From contig JANOAV010000037.1 in the NCBI GenBank assembly GCA_031411295.1, positions 32,001 through 96,000 of the forward strand: a stretch of 64,000 bases of DNA. The letters run 5' to 3'. This DNA comes from Verrucomicrobiales bacterium. GTDB taxonomy: Bacteria; Verrucomicrobiota; Verrucomicrobiia; Verrucomicrobiales; V1-33. The position numbers and the translations under genes were made by a program. A model generated the notes under the pieces. That model made no database searches. It saw only the letters and a list, made by a program, of their open reading frames with translations, and was not told the origin of the DNA. This document shows positions 27,523-35,643 of the stretch, one piece after another (positions within the stretch are counted from its first letter, which is position 1; each line of letters begins with the position of its first letter).

Positions 27523-30500
27523 ATGATGAATGCGATTAAATTTACCTGCTGCTGGCTCGGAACCGTCTGTGCCCTGCTGCCCGCCAAGGAGTTGGATGGC
27601 GTGTATGCCCCTGTCAACACGCCGTGTCCCACGGTGGAGGAAGCGATCAAGAAAATGACCGTGCCGGCGGGCTACGAAGTGCGGAATTTTGCCTCGGAGC
27701 CCATGATCATTAACCCGGTGGCGATGACGTGGGATCATCGGGGCCGACTGTGGGTCGTGGAGTTGTATGAATATCCGAAGGGAGCCAAGGAGACGAATGA
27801 TTACCAAAAGACCGCCACTGACGAAGTCTGGCATCCCGTCGTGAAATCGGGCGTGGGCAACGGGCGGGATCGGGTGATTATTTTGGAAGACACCGACAAC
27901 GACGGCAAGGCGGACAAGCGCACCGTTTTCGTGGAAGGTCTCAGCCTGGCCACCGCCATCCTTTGTGGTTACGACGGCGTGTTCATCGGTCAGGCACCCA
28001 ACATGTTTTTCTTCCGCGATACCAATGGCGATGACAAGGCGGACGAATACAAAACCGTGCTAACCGGCTTCGGCTTGGAAGACCGCCACGAGCTGCTGAA
28101 CAGCTTCACCTGGGGCCCGGATGGCTGGATGTATTTCACGCACGGTGTCTTCACGAACTCCAAAGTCCACCGCCCCAGCGTGCCGAAGGAACAGGGAAAT
28201 AAGCTGGATGCTGGGATCTATCGGGTGAAATTTGAGAATACGTCTCTTAAGTCTCTTCCGTCCCTTGAGTCCTCTAAGTCCCTTCCGGAAGGGACTAAAG
28301 GGACGGAAGGGACACAAGAGACGAAAGGGGCTACCGTTACTGGCCCTACTGCCGTCTTCCACGAAGTCTTCTCCGATGGCACCAGCAATCCCTGGGGCTG
28401 TGATTATGATGCCGCTGGAAACTGGTTTGTGGAAGCCTGCGTGATTGACCACTTGTTCCACATGGCACCGGGCGGGCTTTATCAACGTCAGGGCGGGGCA
28501 CCGGAGAATCCGTATGCTTACGAATTGCTCCCCAGCATCGTGCAGAAGGATCAGCCGAAACATTTCCGAGCCGCGTATGCTGGCATCCAAGTGTATCAAG
28601 GCGGGCGCTATCCGAAGGACACGGAGGGGCATTTGTTCTTTGGAAACATTCACGATAACGCCATCCACGAAGAAGCTGTGGAGCCCGTGGGAGCCACGTT
28701 CAAAGCCAAACCCATCCGCGATTTCCTGCGGGCAAACGATGGTTGGTTCCGTCCGGTTAGTATCCAAACGGGACCGGATGGTTTCCTCTGGGTCATGGAC
28801 TGGTGCGATAAATACCCCTGCTACCAAAACGCCCAAGCCAATCCCGAAGGCGTGGACCGGGAGAATGGGCGGATTTGGCGAATCGTGCATAACGTCATGC
28901 CAAATCCAATTATACCTACTCAGCCCATTCCCCAGGCGACGTCATCGACCGAACCAGGAGTTAGTAAAAATATTCAATATCTGCCACTGCCACGCAACGA
29001 TTCTTCGCGAATGGAGGCTCAGATGGATTTCCAAAAGAAAACTTCAGCTGAACTAGTGGCAGCCTTGAGTAGTCCGAACAGTTGGATGCGCAGAAGAGCG
29101 TCGCAGGCAGCTATCGAGCGAAATAATCCTGACGATTACACTGCGATCAGAAAATTCGTAGAAGATACAAACAATCCAGACGCCTACCGGGTTCAAGCAT
29201 TGGGCTGCTTCAGTGCCTTGATGAAAAAGCGAGGACGCGAGTCCGCAGAGGATGATTTTAGATTTCCGCTGAAGAATCTATTCAAGGAACAGAACCCCCT
29301 AATCACCCAGACTGCGCTTTGGTTGATGGGCGATTCTTTACCACTCTCCAAATCGTTTCCTGAGTTTTACGTGGAGTTGCCGTCATTCGATGAACTCCTG
29401 CCAGATGACCGAAATCTCAATAGCGTTACAGCACTGGCAACAGCTCTGCGGCAATATAACACGGGGGCGCTTACCGGAATTAAAAGCAAAAGTATAAGCC
29501 CAAATATGACAATGCAACTGTCAACGCTTCTCAAGATTGGTTTAGTCCCTGGCGATCCGCTCACACCATTCAAAATATGGATGGCTCTGGAACCAGCCTT
29601 GGCAATGTCGCCAGAGCGATATCTAAATTTACTAGCGAAACAATCCACCACCACCAAACCCCTTTCCCTAATCCTAACCTACAAATCCGCCCGCCGCATC
29701 ACAGATACTCGCAGCGCGGAGAACATGGATTTGCTACTGAAATTCCTCAACGACATTAAGTCGGATGACGAACTTGTGGCGCGTGCGTTGGACGGAATGC
29801 TCAAAGCGCAGGAGGCGGGCGCGGTGAAACCTGCCAAGACTGATCCCGCTCCGTTCTTTGCGGCATGGGCCAAGAGCGCGAATGCGGATGTGCGAAATTT
29901 CTCCTCGCGACTTGCCACGATCTGGGGCGATCCGAATGCCATCGCTGGCTTGATGGGGCTCGTGTTAGACGAGAAGGCGGACGAGGGCAAACGAATCGAT
30001 GCCATTCAGACTGTGCGTAAACTCAAGAGCGATGCCGCCAAGGCTGGCATCCTGAAATTGCTGGGCACGCTGGACAAAAAGGCATCCGAGAAACTCACTG
30101 TGGAAACGCTGCGAGCCGCCGCAGAGCTTGGCGGCATGGATTTGGCCACGGCCATTCTGAAGGCCTGGAGCGGCTACTCTCCCGCGCTGAAATCCGCCGC
30201 TGCGGAAGTCATGATTTCCCGGGCCGACTGGGCGGAAAAACTGTTGGATGCCGTGGAAGGCAAATGGATTGCCAGCCAGCAAATCCCCGCCTCCGAAGTC
30301 CCCGTAACCGCCCGACGCTACTTCGCCACGCAACCCAATGCGGAACAAAAAGCACGTGCCACCAAGTTGCTAGGCGTCTGGAATGAAACTAACGCCGACA
30401 CCAAAGCGCTCATCACGGCCAAACGCAAAGCCGCCCTAATTGGCGAACCGAATTTGGAAAACGGCAAAGTGATCTTTACCGCCACCTGCGCCACCTGCCA

Positions 30501-31368
30501 CAAGTTCCATGGCGGCGGACAGGAAGTGGGGCCGGAGTTGATCGGCAGTGGTCGCAGCAGCTTGGATGCGTTGCTGAATAACATTGTCGATCCCAATCAA
30601 ATCATCGGTAACGGTTACGAAAACGTCATCGTGAACACCAAGGATAACCGCACCCTGGCGGGCCGCGTGGTGGAAGACACGCCCACTCAAGTCACGTTGC
30701 TGGGTATCGGAGGCCGACGCGAAGTCGTGGCGCGGGGCGACATCGCCAAGCTGGAAAATACCCACCAAAGCCTCATGCCCATGGGCTTCGGAGCCTTGCC
30801 AGATGACATCTTCCGGGACCTCGTCTGGTATCTGCTGGCCCCGCCGGAGGAAGGTAAATTGACCCCGGAAAAGAAAGCCGCCATGGCCGCACCTGTCACA
30901 GAAATCACCGCGCCACCTGCCGCCAAGAACGAGAAACAGTATCCCAAAATCGACCTGGAATCCGTCAGCCTGTGGAATCCAGAATGGAAAGTTACCGCTC
31001 CGAATTTCGAAGGCACGCCCGTGAAGCTAGGCGAATTTTCAGGACGGAAGAACATCCTGCAAATGCATCCCTTTCCAGACAAGACCACGCCATCCAAACT
31101 AACCCGCAAACTCACCGTGGACGCCACCAAGCCCGGTAAATTAAAATTTGCCGCAGCCTCGAAGGATCAATTCGACTGGGAACTGCGTGTGAACATTGAT
31201 GGGAAAGAAGCCAAGCGCCAGACCATCGGCCCGAAGGAAGGTCGGTGGCACGAAGTGGAAATTTCCCTGGAGCCATGGAAAGGCAAGACCGTGGAAATCA
31301 GCCTGGAAAACCACGCCAACGGCTGGGCCTGGGAGTTCAGTTACTGGAGTAATATTCGGGTGGAATGA
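27523..31368 (+). CDS. PVC-type heme-binding CxxCH protein (beta-propeller dehydrogenase-like, HEAT repeats, cytochrome c)
   Basis: NPVAMTWDHRGRLWV, LEDTDNDGKAD, WGPDGWMY, GPDGFLWVMDW, CATCH and SLMP motifs. Confidence 0.92.
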   Translation: MMNAIKFTCCWLGTVCALLPAKELDGVYAPVNTPCPTVEEAIKKMTVPAGYEVRNFASEPMIINPVAMTWDHRGRLWVVELYEYPKGAKETNDYQKTATDEVWHPVVKSGVGNGRDRVIILEDTDNDGKADKRTVFVEGLSLATAILCGYDGVFIGQAPNMFFFRDTNGDDKADEYKTVLTGFGLEDRHELLNSFTWGPDGWMYFTHGVFTNSKVHRPSVPKEQGNKLDAGIYRVKFENTSLKSLPSLESSKSLPEGTKGTEGTQETKGATVTGPTAVFHEVFSDGTSNPWGCDYDAAGNWFVEACVIDHLFHMAPGGLYQRQGGAPENPYAYELLPSIVQKDQPKHFRAAYAGIQVYQGGRYPKDTEGHLFFGNIHDNAIHEEAVEPVGATFKAKPIRDFLRANDGWFRPVSIQTGPDGFLWVMDWCDKYPCYQNAQANPEGVDRENGRIWRIVHNVMPNPIIPTQPIPQATSSTEPGVSKNIQYLPLPRNDSSRMEAQMDFQKKTSAELVAALSSPNSWMRRRASQAAIERNNPDDYTAIRKFVEDTNNPDAYRVQALGCFSALMKKRGRESAEDDFRFPLKNLFKEQNPLITQTALWLMGDSLPLSKSFPEFYVELPSFDELLPDDRNLNSVTALATALRQYNTGALTGIKSKSISPNMTMQLSTLLKIGLVPGDPLTPFKIWMALEPALAMSPERYLNLLAKQSTTTKPLSLILTYKSARRITDTRSAENMDLLLKFLNDIKSDDELVARALDGMLKAQEAGAVKPAKTDPAPFFAAWAKSANADVRNFSSRLATIWGDPNAIAGLMGLVLDEKADEGKRIDAIQTVRKLKSDAAKAGILKLLGTLDKKASEKLTVETLRAAAELGGMDLATAILKAWSGYSPALKSAAAEVMISRADWAEKLLDAVEGKWIASQQIPASEVPVTARRYFATQPNAEQKARATKLLGVWNETNADTKALITAKRKAALIGEPNLENGKVIFTATCATCHKFHGGGQEVGPELIGSGRSSLDALLNNIVDPNQIIGNGYENVIVNTKDNRTLAGRVVEDTPTQVTLLGIGGRREVVARGDIAKLENTHQSLMPMGFGALPDDIFRDLVWYLLAPPEEGKLTPEKKAAMAAPVTEITAPPAAKNEKQYPKIDLESVSLWNPEWKVTAPNFEGTPVKLGEFSGRKNILQMHPFPDKTTPSKLTRKLTVDATKPGKLKFAAASKDQFDWELRVNIDGKEAKRQTIGPKEGRWHEVEISLEPWKGKTVEISLENHANGWAWEFSYWSNIRVE
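28242..28331. repeat. 90-bp palindrome of ten 9-bp units inside the CxxCH gene
   Basis: Five GTCYYTYNN-type units followed by five reverse-complement units; perfect central 20-bp palindrome AGTCCCTTCCGGAAGGGACT at 28277-28296. Confidence 0.9.
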
Positions 31369-31467
31369 GCGGAATATTACTCCAAAGTTCCGTGCTTGCG
31401 AGGCGGGGTGGGGCAGTCTAGGAAGAGGGTATCCACTTCATCCAATCCATTCTAACACTCCCCTGAC

Positions 31468-32616
31468 ATGCCCGCCAAAGCCAAATCCGCCACCTCGCCC
31501 AACATCTGGGCCATCGTGGGCACGGACGAACTCAAGGTGAAAGAAGCCGCGCAACAGCTCACCCGACAACTGGTGCCGCCAGAAGCAGGAGATTTCGGGC
31601 TGGAAGTCGTGGACGGAGCGGCGGATAATGTCGATCACGCGGAACGCATTATTTACCGGGTGCTGGAAGATCTGCAGACCATGCCATTCTTCGGTGGGGA
31701 TAAGGTTGTCTGGCTGAAAAGCGCCACCTTCCTAGCTGACAACGTGACCGGTCGTTCAACCCGCACGCTGGAAGGATTGGAAAAGCTGGGCAAGCTGCTC
31801 CTGGAAGGGTTGCCGGAGAATACAAAATTTATCCTAACCGCCACCGATGTCGATAAGCGACGCTCATTTTACAATGTGCTCAAGAAGGCGACCAATTTGG
31901 AAGTCTTCGATGTAATTGACACCAGCAAACAGGGCTGGGAAGGCCTCGTGATGCGGCTCGTGGAGGATCGGGCCGAAGAGTATCAGATGCGGTTCGAGCC
32001 TGCGGCCTTGGAGTTGTTTGTCATGTTAGCAGGAGAGCATACCCAGCAAATCGACAACGAGTTGGCCAAACTCGACCTCTATGTCGGCAAGGATCGGGCG
32101 GTCACGCCAGACGATGTGCGCATGATCGTGTCCCAAACGAAGAATGGAATCATCTGGGACTTGGGCGATGCCATCGGGGCCAGACAGTTGCCACGAGCAC
32201 TCAAAGTGCTGGAACAGTTGCTGCATCAAGGGGAAAACGCCATCGGTATCCTGCTGGCGGCCATCGTTCCCCGAGTGCGAAATTTATTCCAAGCCCGGGA
32301 GTTGGCGGAAGTGTATGGAGTGAAGAACATTTCCAGCTACCCCAGCTACGTGCAAAGCTTGGAGCGCTTGCCCGAAGAAATTCGCGAGGGGTTGCCCATG
32401 AAGAAGGATGGCACGGGGATCAACGGTTTTCCGCTGTTCCTAGCCGCCAAAGAGATGGGGAAATACACCGCGCTGGAGCTGCGCGCAGCGCTGGAAGAAT
32501 GCCTCAAGGCGAATCGACGGCTGGTAACGACAGCGTTGGATCACGACGTGGTCTTGAACCAATTGCTGATCCGCATTCTCAGCCAACCGGCACGCAAACC
32601 AGCCCCAACGCGCTAA
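31468..32616 (+). CDS. holA: DNA polymerase III delta subunit
   Basis: LQTMPFFGGDKVV, VDKRRSFY, NELAKLDLY and IWDLGDAI motifs. Confidence 0.9.
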   Translation: MPAKAKSATSPNIWAIVGTDELKVKEAAQQLTRQLVPPEAGDFGLEVVDGAADNVDHAERIIYRVLEDLQTMPFFGGDKVVWLKSATFLADNVTGRSTRTLEGLEKLGKLLLEGLPENTKFILTATDVDKRRSFYNVLKKATNLEVFDVIDTSKQGWEGLVMRLVEDRAEEYQMRFEPAALELFVMLAGEHTQQIDNELAKLDLYVGKDRAVTPDDVRMIVSQTKNGIIWDLGDAIGARQLPRALKVLEQLLHQGENAIGILLAAIVPRVRNLFQARELAEVYGVKNISSYPSYVQSLERLPEEIREGLPMKKDGTGINGFPLFLAAKEMGKYTALELRAALEECLKANRRLVTTALDHDVVLNQLLIRILSQPARKPAPTR

Positions 32617-32957
32617 TGGATTCACCTGCGAAACGCAAAATTTACTATCAATGCCAACGCTGCGCCAATTGCTGCAAATGGCCTGGCGACGTGGTTCTCT
32701 GGGATGATGAGATCACCAGAATAGCCGAATTTCTAAAGCTGCCACGAAATGAATTCATCGACCGCTTCACCCGGCTCAGAGCGAATCGCACCGGGCTGTC
32801 GTTGATCGAAAAGCAAAATGGCGAGTGCATTTTCCTGGAAGGAATCAATTGCCAAATCAATCCCGTGAAGCCGGAGCAGTGCAAAGATTTCCCCAATAAA
32901 TGGAATTTCCCCGGCTGGCGGGACCGCTGCGAGGCGATTCCAGTGGAGATCGATTGA
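32616..32957 (+). CDS. YkgJ-family (CxxCxxCC) cysteine cluster protein
   Basis: CQRCANCC, ECIFL and CQINPVKPEQCKDFP; TAATG overlap with holA. Confidence 0.9.
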   Translation: MDSPAKRKIYYQCQRCANCCKWPGDVVLWDDEITRIAEFLKLPRNEFIDRFTRLRANRTGLSLIEKQNGECIFLEGINCQINPVKPEQCKDFPNKWNFPGWRDRCEAIPVEID

Positions 32958-32966
32958 TGCCGGTAA

Positions 32967-33881
32967 TCATTTTCGAAAACGCTGACCAACCCACAGATCC
33001 CCGCCCGTGCTCCCAGAGGCATAGGCTTGCGGTCGCACGCCTCGGCGGATGTCCACCATGGCTGAAAGAATTTCCATCACGAAGGTGGCAGAACCAAGCA
33101 CCAGTCCTTTCACCAGCGCGGCCTGCCTACTCTGGAGGAAAGTGGCTAGAGCCGATGATTTCGATTGATCGGCTGCTGATATCCCATCCACGAGGTCCTG
33201 GTAAGATGACGCCGATGTAGGCTCGGTAATGCGTGCTAATCCTTGTTTACTCTCCATATTTCCAACAGCAGCACTGCCAACCCCAGAAAATGGATAATCC
33301 ACCGCTGCGGTCACAATCCCGGCGCGCACTGGATTCAGATCAATATAGGCTGCTACGATGTGCAGCGGATTGGAGCCTTCATCTCGGGACTCAATCACAA
33401 CGCTCTTAAATCGTTCCGTCCAGAGCGTGCCCTTGGTGTCGTGTCGGCGGTTATACCACATGGTGAAGCGTTGTTTCAACAACTTCATGAAGATCGAGAG
33501 ATCATGCATCCGCCCGAGGTGCAAGGCAAGTTCCTCCTCCCACAGGAGCTTGGTATTTCCAGTGTTAAGGCCATTAAACAAGCTCTGAAGTAGGTCGGCA
33601 GGTTCGGACCCATAGAGATCCTGGACCCGCTGGATGAGATGCGCTGGACGAAGCGCGGCATCCGCAGCGGATTTTTCAGGCACGCGCACCAGGAGGTGAA
33701 AATGATTGCTCATGAGGCAGAAGGTGAGGATTTCCACCCCACAGTAATTGGCCACCCGAGGCAGAAGTTCGAGGAGAAAAGTCTTCTCTTCCAAGCCCAA
33801 CCAAAGCTGGCCTTGAGTGACACGGCAAACAATGTGATAGCAAGCTGATTGGCGGATGATTTTAAGGCGAGGACGACGCAT
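32967..33881 (-). CDS. REP-associated tyrosine transposase (RAYT / Y1_Tnp HUH)
   Basis: YHIVCRV, FCLMSNHFHLL (HUH), LWTERFKS and YIDLNPVRAG (catalytic Tyr) motifs, plus DYPFS. Confidence 0.92.
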   Translation of the reverse strand: MRRPRLKIIRQSACYHIVCRVTQGQLWLGLEEKTFLLELLPRVANYCGVEILTFCLMSNHFHLLVRVPEKSAADAALRPAHLIQRVQDLYGSEPADLLQSLFNGLNTGNTKLLWEEELALHLGRMHDLSIFMKLLKQRFTMWYNRRHDTKGTLWTERFKSVVIESRDEGSNPLHIVAAYIDLNPVRAGIVTAAVDYPFSGVGSAAVGNMESKQGLARITEPTSASSYQDLVDGISAADQSKSSALATFLQSRQAALVKGLVLGSATFVMEILSAMVDIRRGVRPQAYASGSTGGDLWVGQRFRK

Positions 33882-33926
33882 GATAACGAGACGATTGCAG
33901 AGAGTGCCGCTCTTGTCAAGCAATAA

Positions 33927-33939
33927 GGGGACTGTCCCC
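33927..33939. repeat. GGGGACTGTCCCC palindrome immediately upstream of the RAYT
   Basis: 6-bp arms around a central T; a minus-strand TTGACA lies next to it at 33914-33919. Confidence 0.7.
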
Positions 33940-33979
33940 ATAATTCTTGGCCCCGGGGCGTTTCCGTAATTGGGGGGGG

Positions 33980-34084
33980 CTAGCGTTTCATGATGATGAC
34001 TAGCAGGGCTGCGATGGCGAAGGCCAAGAGGGACCAGGAGAGGCCGCTGCTTTTCATGGAGGGGAGGGGGGATGAAGTTTTCAT
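33980..34084 (-). CDS. Putative small single-TM peptide (34 aa)
   Basis: Hand translation MKTSSPLPSMKSSGLSWSLLAFAIAALLVIIMKR*; below the ORF-track size cutoff. Confidence 0.4.
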   Translation of the reverse strand: MKTSSPLPSMKSSGLSWSLLAFAIAALLVIIMKR

Positions 34085-34162
34085 GGTTGCTGGTTCGACG
34101 TGGGGCCGGAAACGTTTATTCACTGGCATTGACGTGGGCTGAGAATGGCTTTTGATTGGCGG

Positions 34163-35242
34163 ATGGAAAAATCCGCGAAAGACTTTTTATTCGACCTTCT
34201 GACGACGGCTTCACCGACTGGCTTTGAAATTGCCGGGCAACGGAAATGGGCGACGTATGCGCGTCAGTTTGCCGATTCGGTGGACAATGATGCGTATGGC
34301 ACGGCTTGGGCAACTTTGGTGGGAAATGGAAAATCTGAGATCAAATTGATGCTGGAGGCTCATGCGGATGAGATCGGATTTATGGTCAAGCATGTGACGG
34401 CTGAAGGGTATTTGCACATTGATCGAATCGGTGGATCGGATCATGCGACGGCCCGGGGACGCAGGGTTATTTTTGAGGGCGACAAGGGACCAGTGAAGGG
34501 AATCATTGGCAATACGGCAATCCATATCCGGGATCGGACGGGTGGGGAGAAGGCTCCGGAGGTGCATGAGCTTTATGTGGATGTGGGAGCGATCAATGCC
34601 AAGGAGGTGGCGAAACTGGGGCTGCGGATTGGGCATCCCGGGGTTTATGCGGATACGCCGGAGGAGTTCGGGCAGGGACGCATCGTGGGACGAGCGTTGG
34701 ATAACCGGATCGGCGGATTCATTATTGCGGAGGTCCTGAAGCGGTTGAAGAAGCAGCGCACGAAGCTCAATTGCACCGTGGTGGCGGTGAACGCGGTGCA
34801 GGAGGAGATCGGCGGCTACGGTGCGCAGATGGCCACGCACCGTTTGTTCCCTGACGTGGCGTTATGTCTGGATGTGACCCACGCGACGGACACGCCAGGC
34901 ATCGATAAGACAAAACATGGTGCGGTGACACTTGGTGGTGGGCCGAGTATTACTCATGGGAATGCCTGCCATGCCAATGTGGTGCAACGACTTATCAAGG
35001 TGGCGGACAAGGAAGCGATGACGATTCAGCACGAATCCTCTTCGCGCTTTACGGGCACGGATACGGACAGCATTTACGCGGTGCGGGAAGGGGTGCCGAG
35101 CGCGCTCGTTTCGCTACCGCTGCGTTATATGCACAGCGTGGTGGAGATGGTGGACTTGAAAGATGTGGAGAAGGTGATCGAGTTGATGACCGCCTTCGCT
35201 TTGAGCATTAAGCCGGGCGATAGTTTTGGACACAAACTTTAA
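34163..35242 (+). CDS. M42 family metallopeptidase
   Basis: AHADEIG, ALDNRIG, QEEIG, DVTH, GTDTD and PLRYMHS motifs. Confidence 0.93.
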   Translation: MEKSAKDFLFDLLTTASPTGFEIAGQRKWATYARQFADSVDNDAYGTAWATLVGNGKSEIKLMLEAHADEIGFMVKHVTAEGYLHIDRIGGSDHATARGRRVIFEGDKGPVKGIIGNTAIHIRDRTGGEKAPEVHELYVDVGAINAKEVAKLGLRIGHPGVYADTPEEFGQGRIVGRALDNRIGGFIIAEVLKRLKKQRTKLNCTVVAVNAVQEEIGGYGAQMATHRLFPDVALCLDVTHATDTPGIDKTKHGAVTLGGGPSITHGNACHANVVQRLIKVADKEAMTIQHESSSRFTGTDTDSIYAVREGVPSALVSLPLRYMHSVVEMVDLKDVEKVIELMTAFALSIKPGDSFGHKL

Positions 35243-35255
35243 CACGATAACATCT

Positions 35256-35606
35256 ATGCAAGTCGAACGAGTAAAATACATTCTGTGGGCGGTTGATATG
35301 GCCCGGGCCGTGCGCTTTTACAGCGAAGTCTTTGGAGGCACCGTGCTGAAACAAAATGATGTCATCAGCGAGGTGGAAGTGTGCGGTGCGATCATCGGGA
35401 TTCATGGCGGGGGCGAGGGTGGTAAAATTTGGACGGGGCTTAGTTTCCAAGTGCCGGACGTGATCGTGGGGGCGGCGGAGATTGTGGCGCATGGTGGCAC
35501 CCTAACCAGAGAGCCTCAGCCAGAAAACGGGGAACCGCCGCATCTGGCAATGTGCGTGGACCCGGAGGGCAATGAAATCATGCTGTCACGCAAACGGAGT
35601 CACTAG
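35256..35606 (+). CDS. VOC/glyoxalase family protein
   Basis: DMARAVRFYSEVFG and DPEGNEI motifs. Confidence 0.88.
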   Translation: MQVERVKYILWAVDMARAVRFYSEVFGGTVLKQNDVISEVEVCGAIIGIHGGGEGGKIWTGLSFQVPDVIVGAAEIVAHGGTLTREPQPENGEPPHLAMCVDPEGNEIMLSRKRSH

Positions 35607-35643
35607 CCAAAAGTAAGCAGTGGCACCTCGTTGTCCGTCGGGT

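Noticed and set aside
28890..29750. Diversity-generating retroelement target or intein
   Set aside because: No reverse transcriptase, no template/variable repeat pair and no intein terminal motifs were seen in the window.
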